DNA of 63,414 nucleotides, the filler included, from Octopus bimaculoides (Eukaryota): NCBI RefSeq assembly GCF_001194135.2. It is 4 parts of 4 records of this genome, joined end to end, with 100 filler letters (N's around TTAATTAATTAA, not from the genome) between each part and the next. Parts side by side here need not be neighbours in the genome. Positions count along the whole stretch, not along the records: positions 16,644 to 30,878 come from NC_068991.1; positions 30,979 to 47,539 come from NC_068986.1; 2 more parts are not named here. The stretch is one strand, 5' to 3'. This document shows, piece after piece, positions 25,007 through 36,005 of the stretch (positions are counted from its first letter, which is position 1; each line of letters begins with the position of its first letter). A program made the translations under genes and the position numbers. Under the pieces are notes generated by a model. That model searched no databases, had not been told where the DNA came from, and saw only the letters and a list, made by a program, of their open reading frames with translations.

Positions 25007-25234
25007 TTATCATGTATATTGTTTGTCTTGGTATAAAAAGATGGGCTACAGCAAAAACTCTACTCAATACCACAGATTTGCTTGTCAGTTGCTGTTTATC
25101 TTGATATGAGATTACTATGTCTCGCACATATGGTTGTGATGCATGTGCCTGGTGCACTCTTATTAGACGGGTAGTCATGATGGGTATAATGGGCTTCATA
25201 TATTTTACCCTAGTGTCACTTTGATGGCATGCAC
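25007..25234. repeat. ~230-bp non-coding insert between trinucleotide tracts; probable small non-autonomous repeat
   Basis: Balanced composition, sharply bounded by (AAT/ATG)n on the left and (AAT)n/(ACT)n on the right; no LINE ORF motif. Confidence 0.4.
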
Positions 25235-25269
25235 TGCTCTCTCTTAATAATGATAATAATAATAATAAT

Positions 25270-25311
<42 letters not shown>

Positions 25312-25320
25312 AATAATTCA

Positions 25321-26615
25321 GTGACCAGATGGCTAGACATTAAAACTACTGAAAGAAAGAGAAAGTATTCAGAAGTATTAGAGTCTGACACAGTACTAAC
25401 TATAGAAATGAAAGAGAAAATTGAGGAGTACATTAGAAGGGTGAGGAAGTTAATGAAATCAAAGCTAAATGGTCCAAATCTAGTGAAGGCTGAAAATACT
25501 TGGGCAGTATCATTACTTAGCTATTCAGCAGCTTTTGTAGACTGGAAAAAATCTGAATTAGCAAATCTAGACAGAAGAACTAGGAAGTAATGGGGGGGGG
25601 GGCTTCATCCCAAAACAGGAGGAGCAAGATTGTATTTGACTTAGAAAGGAAGATGGTAGAGGTTTAATATCAGTAGAAGGCTGTGTAGAGTGAGATAGAG
25701 TAGATATAGCTTCCTATTTAGGTAATAGTGAGGAAATTTTATTAAGAGCTGCTACTGTAAGAGTAAAAGATAGGGAAACAAAAATACTAAATGTAGTTAA
25801 AAACCAGAAAAAAGAAACAAGAATATCTGACTGGCAAGGGAAGAGAGTTGCAGTAAACAGTAATAACGAGAAATAATTGTGGTTGCAGATAGGGTGAAAA
25901 GGGAGACAGAAAGTTTGTTAGTAGCAGCACAAGATCAAGCATTGAGTAATAACTGGGTAAAACCCAAGCTAAATAAAAATCAGGTAGATTCCAAATGTAG
26001 GTCACGTAAATCAAAGGTAGAAAGCGTTACTCATATAATTAGTATGTGGTATGCTGGTACAGAAAAAATACAAGAAAAGACATGACAACCTAGGGAGAAT
26101 AATCACTGGAAGTTATGTAGAAAGCTAGGATCTAACCATACAAATAAGTGGTATGAACCTAGTAAAGTGCTAGAAAGTAAGAAATATAAGATGTATGATT
26201 TTAACATTCTGACTAACAAAGTAATTGAAGCTAGAAAACCTGATTTAGTAGTAGTAGACAAAAGAGAATACAAAGTGCCAAGTAACTGACTTTACAGTCT
26301 CAAACAATGAGAAAGTCAATATGAGAGATACAGAGAAAATAGCAAAGTACCAAAACCTAACCATTGAGTTACAGAGGCTATAGAATGGGGAGGTAAAATG
26401 TATGCCTGTTATAGGTGCATCAGGAACATTTCCTACATATTTGAACAGATGGATATAGGTAACAGGCATAAAACCTAGGTTAGTGCAGCTCCAGAAAACA
26501 GTGTTATTAGGGATAGCTAGGATACTTAGGAAGATTCTTGGCAGCTAAGGTTACTTGTTGTAACTCAATGTTAGGAATTTTTTCCAGCAGTCTATCTGTT
26601 GTGTGTAAATGAAAT
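25321..26615 (+). mobile_element. Dong/R4-clade LINE fragment 3: RT C-terminus, CCHC knuckle, RLE nuclease and intact 3' end with (AAT)n tail
   Basis: EEYIRRVRKLMKSKLNGPNLVKAENTWAVSLLSYSA; ETESLLVAAQDQAL; RHDNLG..HWKLC; IEARKPDLVVVDK (PD-D/ExK); LQKTVLLGIARILRKILGS-stop. Confidence 0.9.
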
Positions 26616-26769
26616 AATAATGATAATCATGATTACTTCTATTTGCTACAAGGTTCACAGATAAGAGGACAATACAAAAACAAAGTGTGAGGATTTACTT
26701 TGAACAATATGATTGGGAAAAAGAAAGTAGAAAGCATACATGTTATCTATCTATCTATATACCTATCTA

Positions 26770-27722
26770 TCTTATATATTAAAAGATAAGTTGTCTGTCT
26801 TCTACTCCTACAATTTTCAACTGAATTTCACCAAATTTGACGTATGTGCTCTCTTTGACTTGGGACACATTTTCTTATAATTTTTTCCTCAAAATTCTAC
26901 AGCCCCAACATAAATAGACTACTCTCAATTTGCCTAGGATTTGAACCCACCACATCTATGCAACGGTACGTGTACAATTTTCGGCAGTTCTTTAGAAGCA
27001 CACCTCTCCAAGAAAGTGATGCCTAATTTCTAAAAAAAATTATGAAAATGGGAAATATATCCAAAATAAATGAAGTATGGAAAAAATTACAAAGATTCAT
27101 CTATTTTTAAATATTTCATACTAAAAAAATTAAAACCTGGAAAATGGGCACTTATGAATATAAACAAACATGTTGGCTGATACAAGGGGCGGCAACTTGT
27201 ATCAGATATTATTAAAGATACAAGGGGCCCGACAATAATGTTTGCAAATTCTTGATTGTTTTTAATCAGATTTTTTACTGCGCACACTGGTAAGGGTTAA
27301 TGTAGCATGCACTGCTACTATGTAACAGCTATTTGCAAATATCTGTTCAGTGGTAGCAGGATGTGCTAGAAATGCCAGCCAAATCAGTTAATGTTTACAA
27401 GTATGCTTGCACATCAACCCCCACCACTTTTCTTTCTTATATATATATACATTATAGCCTCTAGCCCACTAAAGCCTTGTGAGTGGATTTCATACATGGA
27501 AACTGAAAGAACACTGTCGTATATATGTGTATATTAGTGTGTGTGCTTTACAACCAATGTTGGTGTGTCTACATACCTATAACTTAGCGGTTCGGCAAAA
27601 GACACTGATAGAATAATCAGTAGGCGGTGCTCCAGCATGGCCGCAGTCACATGGCTGAAACAAGTAAAATAATAAAAAACTATGCCAGTTTAATCCCAAG
27701 CAAGGCCAGGTATCTCTGCTAG
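26770..27722 (+). mobile_element. Non-autonomous Helitron-like element carrying a SINE-A copy
   Basis: A|TCTTATATATTAAAAGATAAGTTGTCTGTC 5' end, a subterminal tttcaactgaatttcaccaaatttg block, and a 3' cccaagcaaggccagg..CTAG|T end (A^T insertion site, no TSD). Confidence 0.6.
27452..27675 (+). mobile_element. SINE family A, with internal deletion
   Basis: aaagccttgtgagtggattt..gaaactgaaagaa..aacttagcggttcggcaaaa..ggcggtgctccagcatggccgcagtcac. Confidence 0.85.
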
Positions 27723-27960
27723 TATATATAAAAGTGAGGTTGTGCGTGTGTGTGTGTGTGTGTGTAAACCCACATAACTTCTGAAGTTCACAACTGATTT
27801 TTTCCAAACTGGGAGCATACATTACTTATGTTCCAGAGATGGTTTTAGACTCTTAAAATCTTTCACACAATAAGTAATAGGCCCTCTGGGAACAGAAAAC
27901 ACTCTTTCCTGGGTTATGCAGAGAAGAGAGGTAACTCTTTGTGAAGTAACTTCCAGATAT
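27723..27960 (+). mobile_element. Probable 5' end of a second Helitron-like element abutting the first
   Basis: TATATATAAAAGTGAGGTTGTG..(GT)n..caactgatttttccaaact parallels the 26770 terminus (tatattaaaagataagttgtc..caactgaatttcaccaaatt). Confidence 0.45.
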
Positions 27961-27963
27961 TGA

Positions 27964-29312
27964 TTGTCTCCCTTAATCTATTCTACTGACATAACTACGA
28001 CGAGGTTTCTCAAAAATATGTACAGCTAAGATAGATTTTATTTTTTGTACACCCTCAACATTTTCTCAAACTTATTTGTGTCCCCCCACCATCCATTCTT
28101 CATTATCTATCTGTTTCTCTCCATGTAATTCAATTGAACTCCGTTTTTGTCTTAAATTCATACTTATTCATTTTCCTTACTTTATTCAAATTTTATCGCC
28201 CCTTCCTTTAAAATTACGATTTAAGCTTAGCCATCTTTCCTTTGTACAATTTCGTCCTAAATTCATGCTATTTATTTTATTCTATTTACTTAAGTTTTAT
28301 CGCTCCTTTAAAATTACGATTTAAGCGTTGCTGTCTCTCAAATATTTAGAACCTACGATTAAGAAGTCTCTCTCCTGGCTAGTGGCAGATTTTATTTTTT
28401 CTACTCCCTCAACATTTTCTCAAACCTTTTTTTGCACCCCCCACCCCGTCCATTCTTCATTATCTATCTGTTTCTCTCCAATTGAACTCCGTTTTTGTCC
28501 TAAATTCATGCTTATTCATTTTCTTTACTTTATTCAAATTTTATCGCTCCTTCCTTTAAAATTACGATTTAAGCTTATCCGTCTTTCCTTCAACTATGCC
28601 TCTGATTTAGCATTCTGTATAATTTCGTCCTAAATTCATGCTATTTATTTTATTCTCCTTACTTAAGTTTTATCGCTACTTTAAAATTACAATTTAAGCG
28701 TTGCTGTCTCTGCAATATATGTTTAAGCAGTTCTCTTCAATTCTGTTTCAAAAAAGCCCAAAGAATCAATCCCGCGTGATGTGCTGCTTGACTGGCCCCA
28801 CCTCTCTCTATATATATATGCCTTTCTCTCGTCATGCCTCTCTCTAAATCAGTCTCTCTCTCTCTACTTCCCTCTATCATAGATCCCTTCAGGATCCGGC
28901 TATATAAATAAGAAGTCCCTTCTAAATTGTCTCGCAATCTATTCTACTGACATAACTACGATGAGGTTTCTCCAAAATATGTACAGCTAAGATAGATTTT
29001 ATTTTTTCTACTCCCTCAACATTTTCTCAAACTTTTTTGCGTCCCCCCACTGTCCGTTCTTCATTAAATATCTGTTTCTCTCCATGTAATTCAATTGAAC
29101 TCCTTACTTTATTCAAATTTTATCGCTCCTTCCTTTAAAATTACGATTTAAGCTTAACCATCTTTCCTTTGTACAATTTCGTCCTAAATTCATGCTATTT
29201 ATTTTATTCTTTTTACTTAAGTTTTATCGCTCCTTTAAAATTACGATTTAAGCGTTGCTGTCTCTCAAATATTTAGAACCTACAATTAAGAAGTCTCTCT
29301 CCTGGCTGGTGG
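27964..29312. repeat. Three direct copies of a 325-420-bp AT-rich unit (27964-28385, 28387-28711, 28927-29312), each built of ~80-bp sub-repeats
   Basis: Long near-identical blocks. ttttatcgctcc(ttcc)tttaaaattacgatttaagc and tcctaaattcatgct recur twice per unit, apart from a deletion in copy 3. A unique ~215-bp spacer lies at 28712-28926. Confidence 0.92.
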
Positions 29313-30878
29313 TACACTTGCCCTCCCACCCCCTCCACCGGAAGTTCACATCCTCTGTCATCCTCAGCTGTCTCCCGGAACCCGTCTAGTGGCCTCACAC
29401 CATCCGCTCCCCTACCTTTGGGTAGCACATAAAGATTGTGTAAGGTTTGCAGACTGTAGGTACTGTTTTGCTTATGAATTCTGCCAACTGCAAGCTTTCT
29501 TTTCAGGTACACGACACTGCTTTTCCCCTTCCCAGGCCACAGGCCCACACCCCTAATACCCACACTGTTAGGATTGGCACTCTCAACGTCGGCATGCTGA
29601 AAGGTAGATCTGGTGAAATTGTTGAGATGCTTGAACGAAGACGCGTAGATCTGTGCTGCATTCAAGAAGTAAGATGGAGAGGAGGTTCTGCGAGGTTCCT
29701 CACAGGCAAAGAACACAGGTACAAGATCTTCTGGGCAGGGAACACTGATGGGGTCGGGGGCGTAGGAATACTTCTAGCAGAGAAATGGGTTGATAAGGTA
29801 ATCAAGGTAGTTAGAGTATGTGACAGAGTACTTAAGATTAGACTAGTGCTTCATCATAGATTAGCTACTGTCATCTCAGCCTATGCCCCTCAACTGGGGC
29901 TCCCGGATGGGCTGAAAGACCAATTCTATGACACCCTCTTGCAAACTACCGCGTTGACGAGTGACAGGGACCTTCACTTCATGGCTGGAGACTTCAATGG
30001 TTAAGTTGGATGTCATGCTGGAGGCTTCCATGGCATACATGGAGGCTATGGCTTCGATTCCCACAATGAGGAGGGAACCAGACTGCTGGAGTTCTGTGAT
30101 GCAACCGATCTTATGGCTTGCAATACCAAATTCAGGAAACCTGCCTGTCACCTAGTCACCTACCGATCTGGCAGACACTCTAGCCAAATCGACTACATCC
30201 TCGCCAGAAATAGGGAAAGAGGGCGGCTTATGAATGCTAAAACCTTCCCTGGCGAAGAATGTACCCCTCAACACAAATTAGTAGTTAGCGACTTTGGGAT
30301 CAAGGCAAAATGGGTAACCAGAAGTAGACCGGCTTGGAGGAGAAGGGTGTGGAAGCTTAAAGACCCTGCAAATGGACGGAGACTTAGACATGTTACTCGA
30401 ACCATTTGACGAAATAGAAGGGAATATAGCATCATACAACGTGGAAGACAATTGGAGATGTCTGCAGGACAACCTGCTGAGAGCCACCGACCAGATATGT
30501 AGCTGGTGTAAAGTCCCTCTCGACCCAGAGTAACGTGGTGGTGGAACAAGAAGGTAGACAAGGCTATTAGACAAAAGAAACAGGCTTGGAAGGACTGGAA
30601 AAACGGTGGTAGCAGGGAATTGTACTATTCTGCCAAAAGGGAAGCTAGGCAACAGGTTTATTTAGCCAGAGGGGAAGCAGATAAGAAAAGATTTGCCAAT
30701 GTTCTGAGCCATGAAGACCAAAGACTTGAGGTATTTCGTATTGCAAGACAGTGTAGGAGAGAGAATAGTGACGTCATAGGAGAGAAATGTGTTCGCATGG
30801 ATGATGGTACGCTTGCACTAAATGAGGCTGCAAAGAAAGAGATCTGGAGATGCCACTACGATAGATTGCTCAATAAAG
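29280..30878 (+). mobile_element. Relatively young RTE-clade LINE (endonuclease and linker), cut by a scaffold join
   Basis: IGTLNVG, DLCCIQEVRWRG, GVGGVGILL, ISAYAPQ, AGDFNG, NEEGTRLLEFC, SQIDYIL, QHKLVV, TWWWN, IWRCHYDRLLN. Only one stop (30002) and one frameshift (~30400) in ~480 codons. Confidence 0.95.
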
Positions 30879-30922
30879 NNNNNNNNNNNNNNNNNNNNNN
30901 NNNNNNNNNNNNNNNNNNNNNN

Positions 30923-30934
30923 TTAATTAATTAA
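30923..30934. other. Artificial scaffold linker TTAATTAATTAA
   Basis: N 30879-30922 (44), 12-mer, N 30935-30978 (44). Confidence 0.95.
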
Positions 30935-30978
30935 NNNNNNNNNNNNNNNNNNNNNNNNNNNNNNNNNNNNNNNNNNNN

Positions 30979-31050
30979 CATGGGATCGATGTAATTGACT
31001 TAACCCTTTCCCCGAACTTACTGGCATTGTGCCAAAATTTGAAGCTGCCA
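30979..31050 (+). mobile_element. SINE family B 3' tail
   Basis: gggatcgatgtaattgactt..ttgtgccaaaatttgaa. Confidence 0.7.
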
Positions 31051-31973
31051 TCATCATCATCGTTATTTGAGTAATTTTAGTTCTAGCTTCATGGACTCGC
31101 TGCCAAATAAACGAACTCATCTCGATATAGATAGTGTGTGATTTAGGAAACCACTATTTTTAGGTCGTCGACATCCATAAAAAATTATATGCATCTCGTT
31201 GTCAAATACAATTTATTTTAGATTTTTTTTAAAAACTTGGTCGTTCGCAATTTCAATGCACTTTTCTGGGAAGCATCGAAAAAGAAAAAAAAAAAAGAGG
31301 AGTAAATAAAGTGCAATATTTCCTGAAATTGTCGCAGTGTTTGAGAATTAAAAAAAAATTAAATTAATGGTAATTATGATCATATCTGACACACGTTTTC
31401 CTCTCTATTAAAGTAAAATGCATCTAAAATAGTTGTAAAACTATTTCTAAATTTCAATTTCCGATATGTCAGTCATCATGGCGCTAACTTCCGGGAACAA
31501 TTTCTGCAGATAAACATCATAAGTAAAACAAGCTGAATGCAAGTTTTTTTTTTCTTCTTTCTTTCTTTCTTTCTATCTTTCTTTTTACTTGCTGTTGTAG
31601 ACGAAATGTTATAAAGTGATATGATCAATTTTTTCAGTTGCACGTGTTTAAAGTACAAAGCGATTATTCTATTTTGACGAAACATTCTGATGCTGACTGT
31701 GAGAGGAAAATACTATTGTGACAGAATTTTGTGTTAGAAATGTCACATTAAAAAAATTATATTACATTAAGCAATCAAGAATTAAATATACTATGGTAGC
31801 TTGTAGTTCAAATAACATAGCTTATCTAATAATTTCTCTTCAGTGGACTTCTGCCTTGATAAATCTAATAGCAATTCTATCATATTTGATCGTTAACTTA
31901 CCATAAATAGCTCTTATATGACCGAAGAAATACACGCAACGGTCTGTACTCGTTTTAGTATGTTGCTTTACAA

Positions 31974-32595
31974 AGGCGGTGAGCTCGCAGAATCGTTAGC
32001 ACGCCGGGCGAAATGCTTACCGGTATTTCGTCTGTCGCTACGTTCTGAGTTCAAATTCCGTCGAGGTCGACTTTGCCTTTCATCTTTTCGGGATCGATAA
32101 ATTAAGGACCAGTCGTGTACTGGGGTCGATCTAATCGACTGGCCCCCTCCCCCAAAAATTTCGGGCCTTGTGCCTAGAGTAGAAAAGAATATGTTACTTT
32201 ACACTGAAAGCAAAGAGTTGGCAGAATCGCTAGCGTGCCAGACAAAATACTTTGCGGCACTTTGTTCGTTGTCTTTACGTTCTGAGTTCAAATTCCGCCG
32301 AGATCGACTTTGTCTTTCATACATACCCCATCCCTCGAGTTTGCTGGCCTGATGCCAAAGTTTGAAATCACTACTATTAGGCGTCGAACTGACAAAATTG
32401 TTAGCATACCGGCCAAAATGCTTAGCGGCATTTTGTCCGTTTTTACATTCTGAGTTCAAATTCCACCGAGGTCGACTTTGCCTTTCATCTTTTCGAGGTC
32501 GATAAAATAAGTAACAGTTACATATTGGGGTCGATGCAATCGACTTACCACCTCCTCTGAACTTGCTGATCTTGTGCCAAAATTTGAAACCAATA
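31974..32595 (+). mobile_element. Three head-to-tail SINE family B copies (31974-32192, ~32210-32375, ~32380-32595)
   Basis: Head ggcggtgagctcgcagaatcgttagcacgccggg, B-box ctgagttcaaattcc, central gactttgcctttcatcttttcgg.gtcgataaa; two tail types. Confidence 0.9.
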
Positions 32596-32598
32596 TGA

Positions 32599-32670
32599 GG
32601 AGTGTAATGGTTGGGCACGGTGGCTTGGATTACAACATAGGCGTGGTTCGATTCCTGCTGGTGGCCCTGT
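32599..32670 (+). mobile_element. Isolated tRNA-like head (SINE remnant or tRNA pseudogene)
   Basis: gtgtaatggttgggcac (A box) and ggttcgattcc (B box) at tRNA spacing; no convincing cloverleaf. Confidence 0.45.
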
Positions 32671-32784
32671 TCATATTTTTTTCATCCTAGTTCGTATTCG
32701 TAAATGATCGAATTTAATGTTTATTTATAATCGAAAATCTCAACATATTTACTTTATCCCCCGCCCATTCATAAATATATATAC

Positions 32785-32832
<48 letters not shown>

Positions 32833-33149
32833 GGGGGAGAGAGGGAGAGAGACAGAAAGATGTATAAGCTAAGAAAGTACTTCTAGATAATTATGGTTTA
32901 GATGATTGAAGATATTTCCAATTTTGAAGTTATTGGCGGCATCAAAACTGCTGGGAACAGCAGAAACAGCCTTAAACAATAATAATTATAGATTAATCAT
33001 TATCACATGCAACAATGTTGAATTTATTAATGAGAAAAAATGTAAATCTTTGTTTTGTAATTTACAAATTAGATTACTCACAACAAAATAGTTGAACAAC
33101 TTGGCAGATGGCCAACTCTATCTCTCGTTCCTGCACTAAACTGGTCTAA

Positions 33150-33850
33150 AAGATCACTTATACCAAAAGAAGTAGGATTCTTTTTAACGTATTTAGAACT
33201 GTGTGTTCATGTTATGGGCAGTTTTATAGTCTTATTTGAAACCTGTATCTAAAAAGGCAACGGTTATAAAGAGCTGTTATACCAGTTCTTTTTGGTTTAG
33301 TCCAGTAATCCCAGCCAGTATTGATAGATCATACATATGAAGGTGTTGCAATTCTAACAATCCTGACCTTTATTTTCAACTACTTTATATCCAGGATTAC
33401 TTTATCCAATGTGTTCTTCCATTTTAAGATTTTAAGGTATTATATGAATGAAATATGGCGTTCAATTTTTAGCAATTCAGGACACCACATAGGGGCTTTT
33501 TCATTAACTTGTAGTCGTCTACGTAGCTAAATAGTTGAATGATTCTCCCTTGCAAGAAAGATTGTAGAATAACCTCCCTTTTCTAAGTTTCTCGAAACAT
33601 CTGTGTTATGAGATGTGATTCTTAATTATTCAAGAAAGCGTTTCTCTTGGAAGTTTCTAGAATGTCTAGCGCTCCATTAATAAAAACAGCTTGCTAACCC
33701 TGCTCTTTGCTTCTTAGTCGATTAGACTTAGAGCCATTCACTTCATTGTTATGTCCGTCTATTTCTCTACGCCACATGACTGAAAACCACCACTTAGCTG
33801 CTATTTCTACATTTTCTATCTTTGAAATTTCTTGCTAAGATTACTTCATT
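33150..33850 (-). pseudogene. Highly decayed non-LTR RT fragment
   Basis: Minus strand reads EQG-stop-QAVFINGALDIL, then IIQLFSYVDDYKL (YADD-like) in the expected order; many stops. Confidence 0.45.
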
Positions 33851-34104
33851 CAACTCGATTCTACATTTTGATTCTATGTATCATCATTGACCAATAAATA
33901 AAATATATTTTTATGTAGTAAATATATAGGTTTTGAATTAATTCTTCATCTCTTTATGAACTATTGTAATAACATACACGCAGCCACATCAACACATTGA
34001 ACTGACTATATATTCCCACTACAAGCTCATAGAATTACAATAGATTACAGAGAATGGATTCAACACGTGGAATATGTGCTTGTACAAAAACTCAGCTTAG
34101 GGAC

Positions 34105-34297
34105 TTAGGTCTGGAATTTTGGAGGAGGGGATCTAGTTGATTACATCGGCCCTGTGCTTTACCGGTACTTATTTTATCGACCCAAATGCAATGAATGGCA
34201 AAGTTGATCCCGGCGGAATTTGAACTCAGGATGCAAAGACGAACAAAATGTCACATGGCATTTTGCCTGGCATGTTAAAGTTTCTGTTAGCACGCAC

Positions 34298-34378
<81 letters not shown>

Positions 34379-34451
34379 TCTACTATAGGCACAAGGCCTG
34401 AAATTTTGGTGGGGAGAGGGCCAGTCGATTAGATCGACTACAGTGCGCAAC
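34105..34451 (-). mobile_element. Two SINE family B copies (34105-34295; tail at 34378-34451) separated by (AAT)n 34299-34374
   Basis: ggcggaatttgaactcag, ggtacttattttatcgaccc, ggcacaaggcctgaaatttt. Confidence 0.85.
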
Positions 34452-34727
34452 NNNNNNNNNNNNNNNNNNNNNNNNNNNNNNNNNNNNNNNNNNNNNNNNN
34501 NNNNNNNNNNNNNNNNNNNNNNNNNNNNNNNNNNNNNNNNNNNNNNNNNNNNNNNNNNNNNNNNNNNNNNNNNNNNNNNNNNNNNNNNNNNNNNNNNNNN
34601 NNNNNNNNNNNNNNNNNNNNNNNNNNNNNNNNNNNNNNNNNNNNNNNNNNNNNNNNNNNNNNNNNNNNNNNNNNNNNNNNNNNNNNNNNNNNNNNNNNNN
34701 NNNNGGTGGTGGTGGTGGTGGTGGTGG

Positions 34728-34785
<58 letters not shown>

Positions 34786-35619
34786 CATTACAATTGAATG
34801 GAAATATGCATAATCTCTAGTTCGAATCTAAGCGGTTGTCCATAAACGTAAACTTAAGCGATCATTGTTAAACGAAAGAACATTTTGATTAATGCGTGTT
34901 GCTTTAAAAGAGACATATTTCCAAAAGAGGCGTGAAGATATTTGCTAAAATGTTTGTAATTCAAATTAAAATATAATTGGATCCTCTAATGCCACCAGAG
35001 TTGTTCTTGCTGCAACATTGTTTTGGTTACAAAAGTCTAATGTGTTGACTTTAAGACCACACTTATGGTTCCAATTCTAACATGTTTGTCTTGGTGTTTG
35101 GCAAAGTTTACATAACAACTTAGTGATCTCTTACTCAAAACTTAAATCTTTACTGTATCCTATTAAAACAATTTATCTCCCACATATAATTGCTTACCGC
35201 TATATTACTTCACTATGTTTTCTCTTTAGTTTTTTCTTTTTTTCTTTGTTATTCATTTTACTTTTTGTTATCTTCACCATTTTTTTCTGCTTGTGTGTCT
35301 GTCCTTTTCCCCTTCATTTCAATTTTTTCGCTGAAAGCAAAATATCAAACTGACTGGGAAATTCGGATAAATACACAATCCGTTACAATGTGTTAACTGT
35401 GACTAAGCTTTGCGAGAAATCCTCTTGGGGACAATACGAGTTATGTTCTGTTTGATAGCTATAGCCGTCACTTAGATGTTAAGATTTCCAAGAACAGATG
35501 AGAACGTTTGGAATCCCTGCGAATTTCTTGTGTAACAACAACAACAACAACAACAACCAAAGCAGTCGCAGTGGAAACAAGAAATACTTATAATTTTGGT
35601 GAAGCTAGTAATTTTAAGT

Positions 35620-36005
35620 AAGAGGGTAAGTCAATTAATTCGATAAGAGTGTTCAACTGGAACTTTATTTTATCGACCCCAGGGAATAAAATGCAAATTC
35701 AATCTCAGTGGTATATGAATCCAGAATCTAAAGAACCAGAAGAAATATCGTTAAACTTTTTGTTCGACTCACTAACGATTCTGCCAACTCGCCACCTTAG
35801 TTATATTAATAATAGTCCTTTCTACTATTGGCACCAGGTCTGGAATTTGGGAGGTGGGGGGATAGTGGATTACATCGACCCCAGTGTCTGACTGATATTT
35901 ATTATATCGACTCCGAAAGGATGAAATGCAAAGTCGATCTCGGCGAAATTTGAACTCAGCACTTAAAGCTATGTCCGACGCTCTCACGATTCTACCAGCT
36001 CACCA
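35620..36005 (-). mobile_element. Two tandem SINE family B copies
   Basis: ctaacgattctgccaactcgcc heads, tttatcgacccc, aaatttgaactcag. Confidence 0.8.

Noticed and set aside
27964-29312. LTR retrotransposon or retrozyme reading of the direct repeats
   Set aside because: No clear TG..CA on both copies, no PBS or polypurine tract, and no hammerhead core; a third partial copy lies inside.
31478-31494. ATGGCG plus ACTTCCGG (YY1/ETS-like) promoter signature; also AAGATGGCG at 45144-45152
   Set aside because: Short motifs near chance expectation, with no associated exon or CpG island visible.
32599-32670. Functional tRNA gene
   Set aside because: A and B boxes are present, but acceptor and anticodon stems do not pair and no Pol III terminator is placed correctly; treated as a SINE head.
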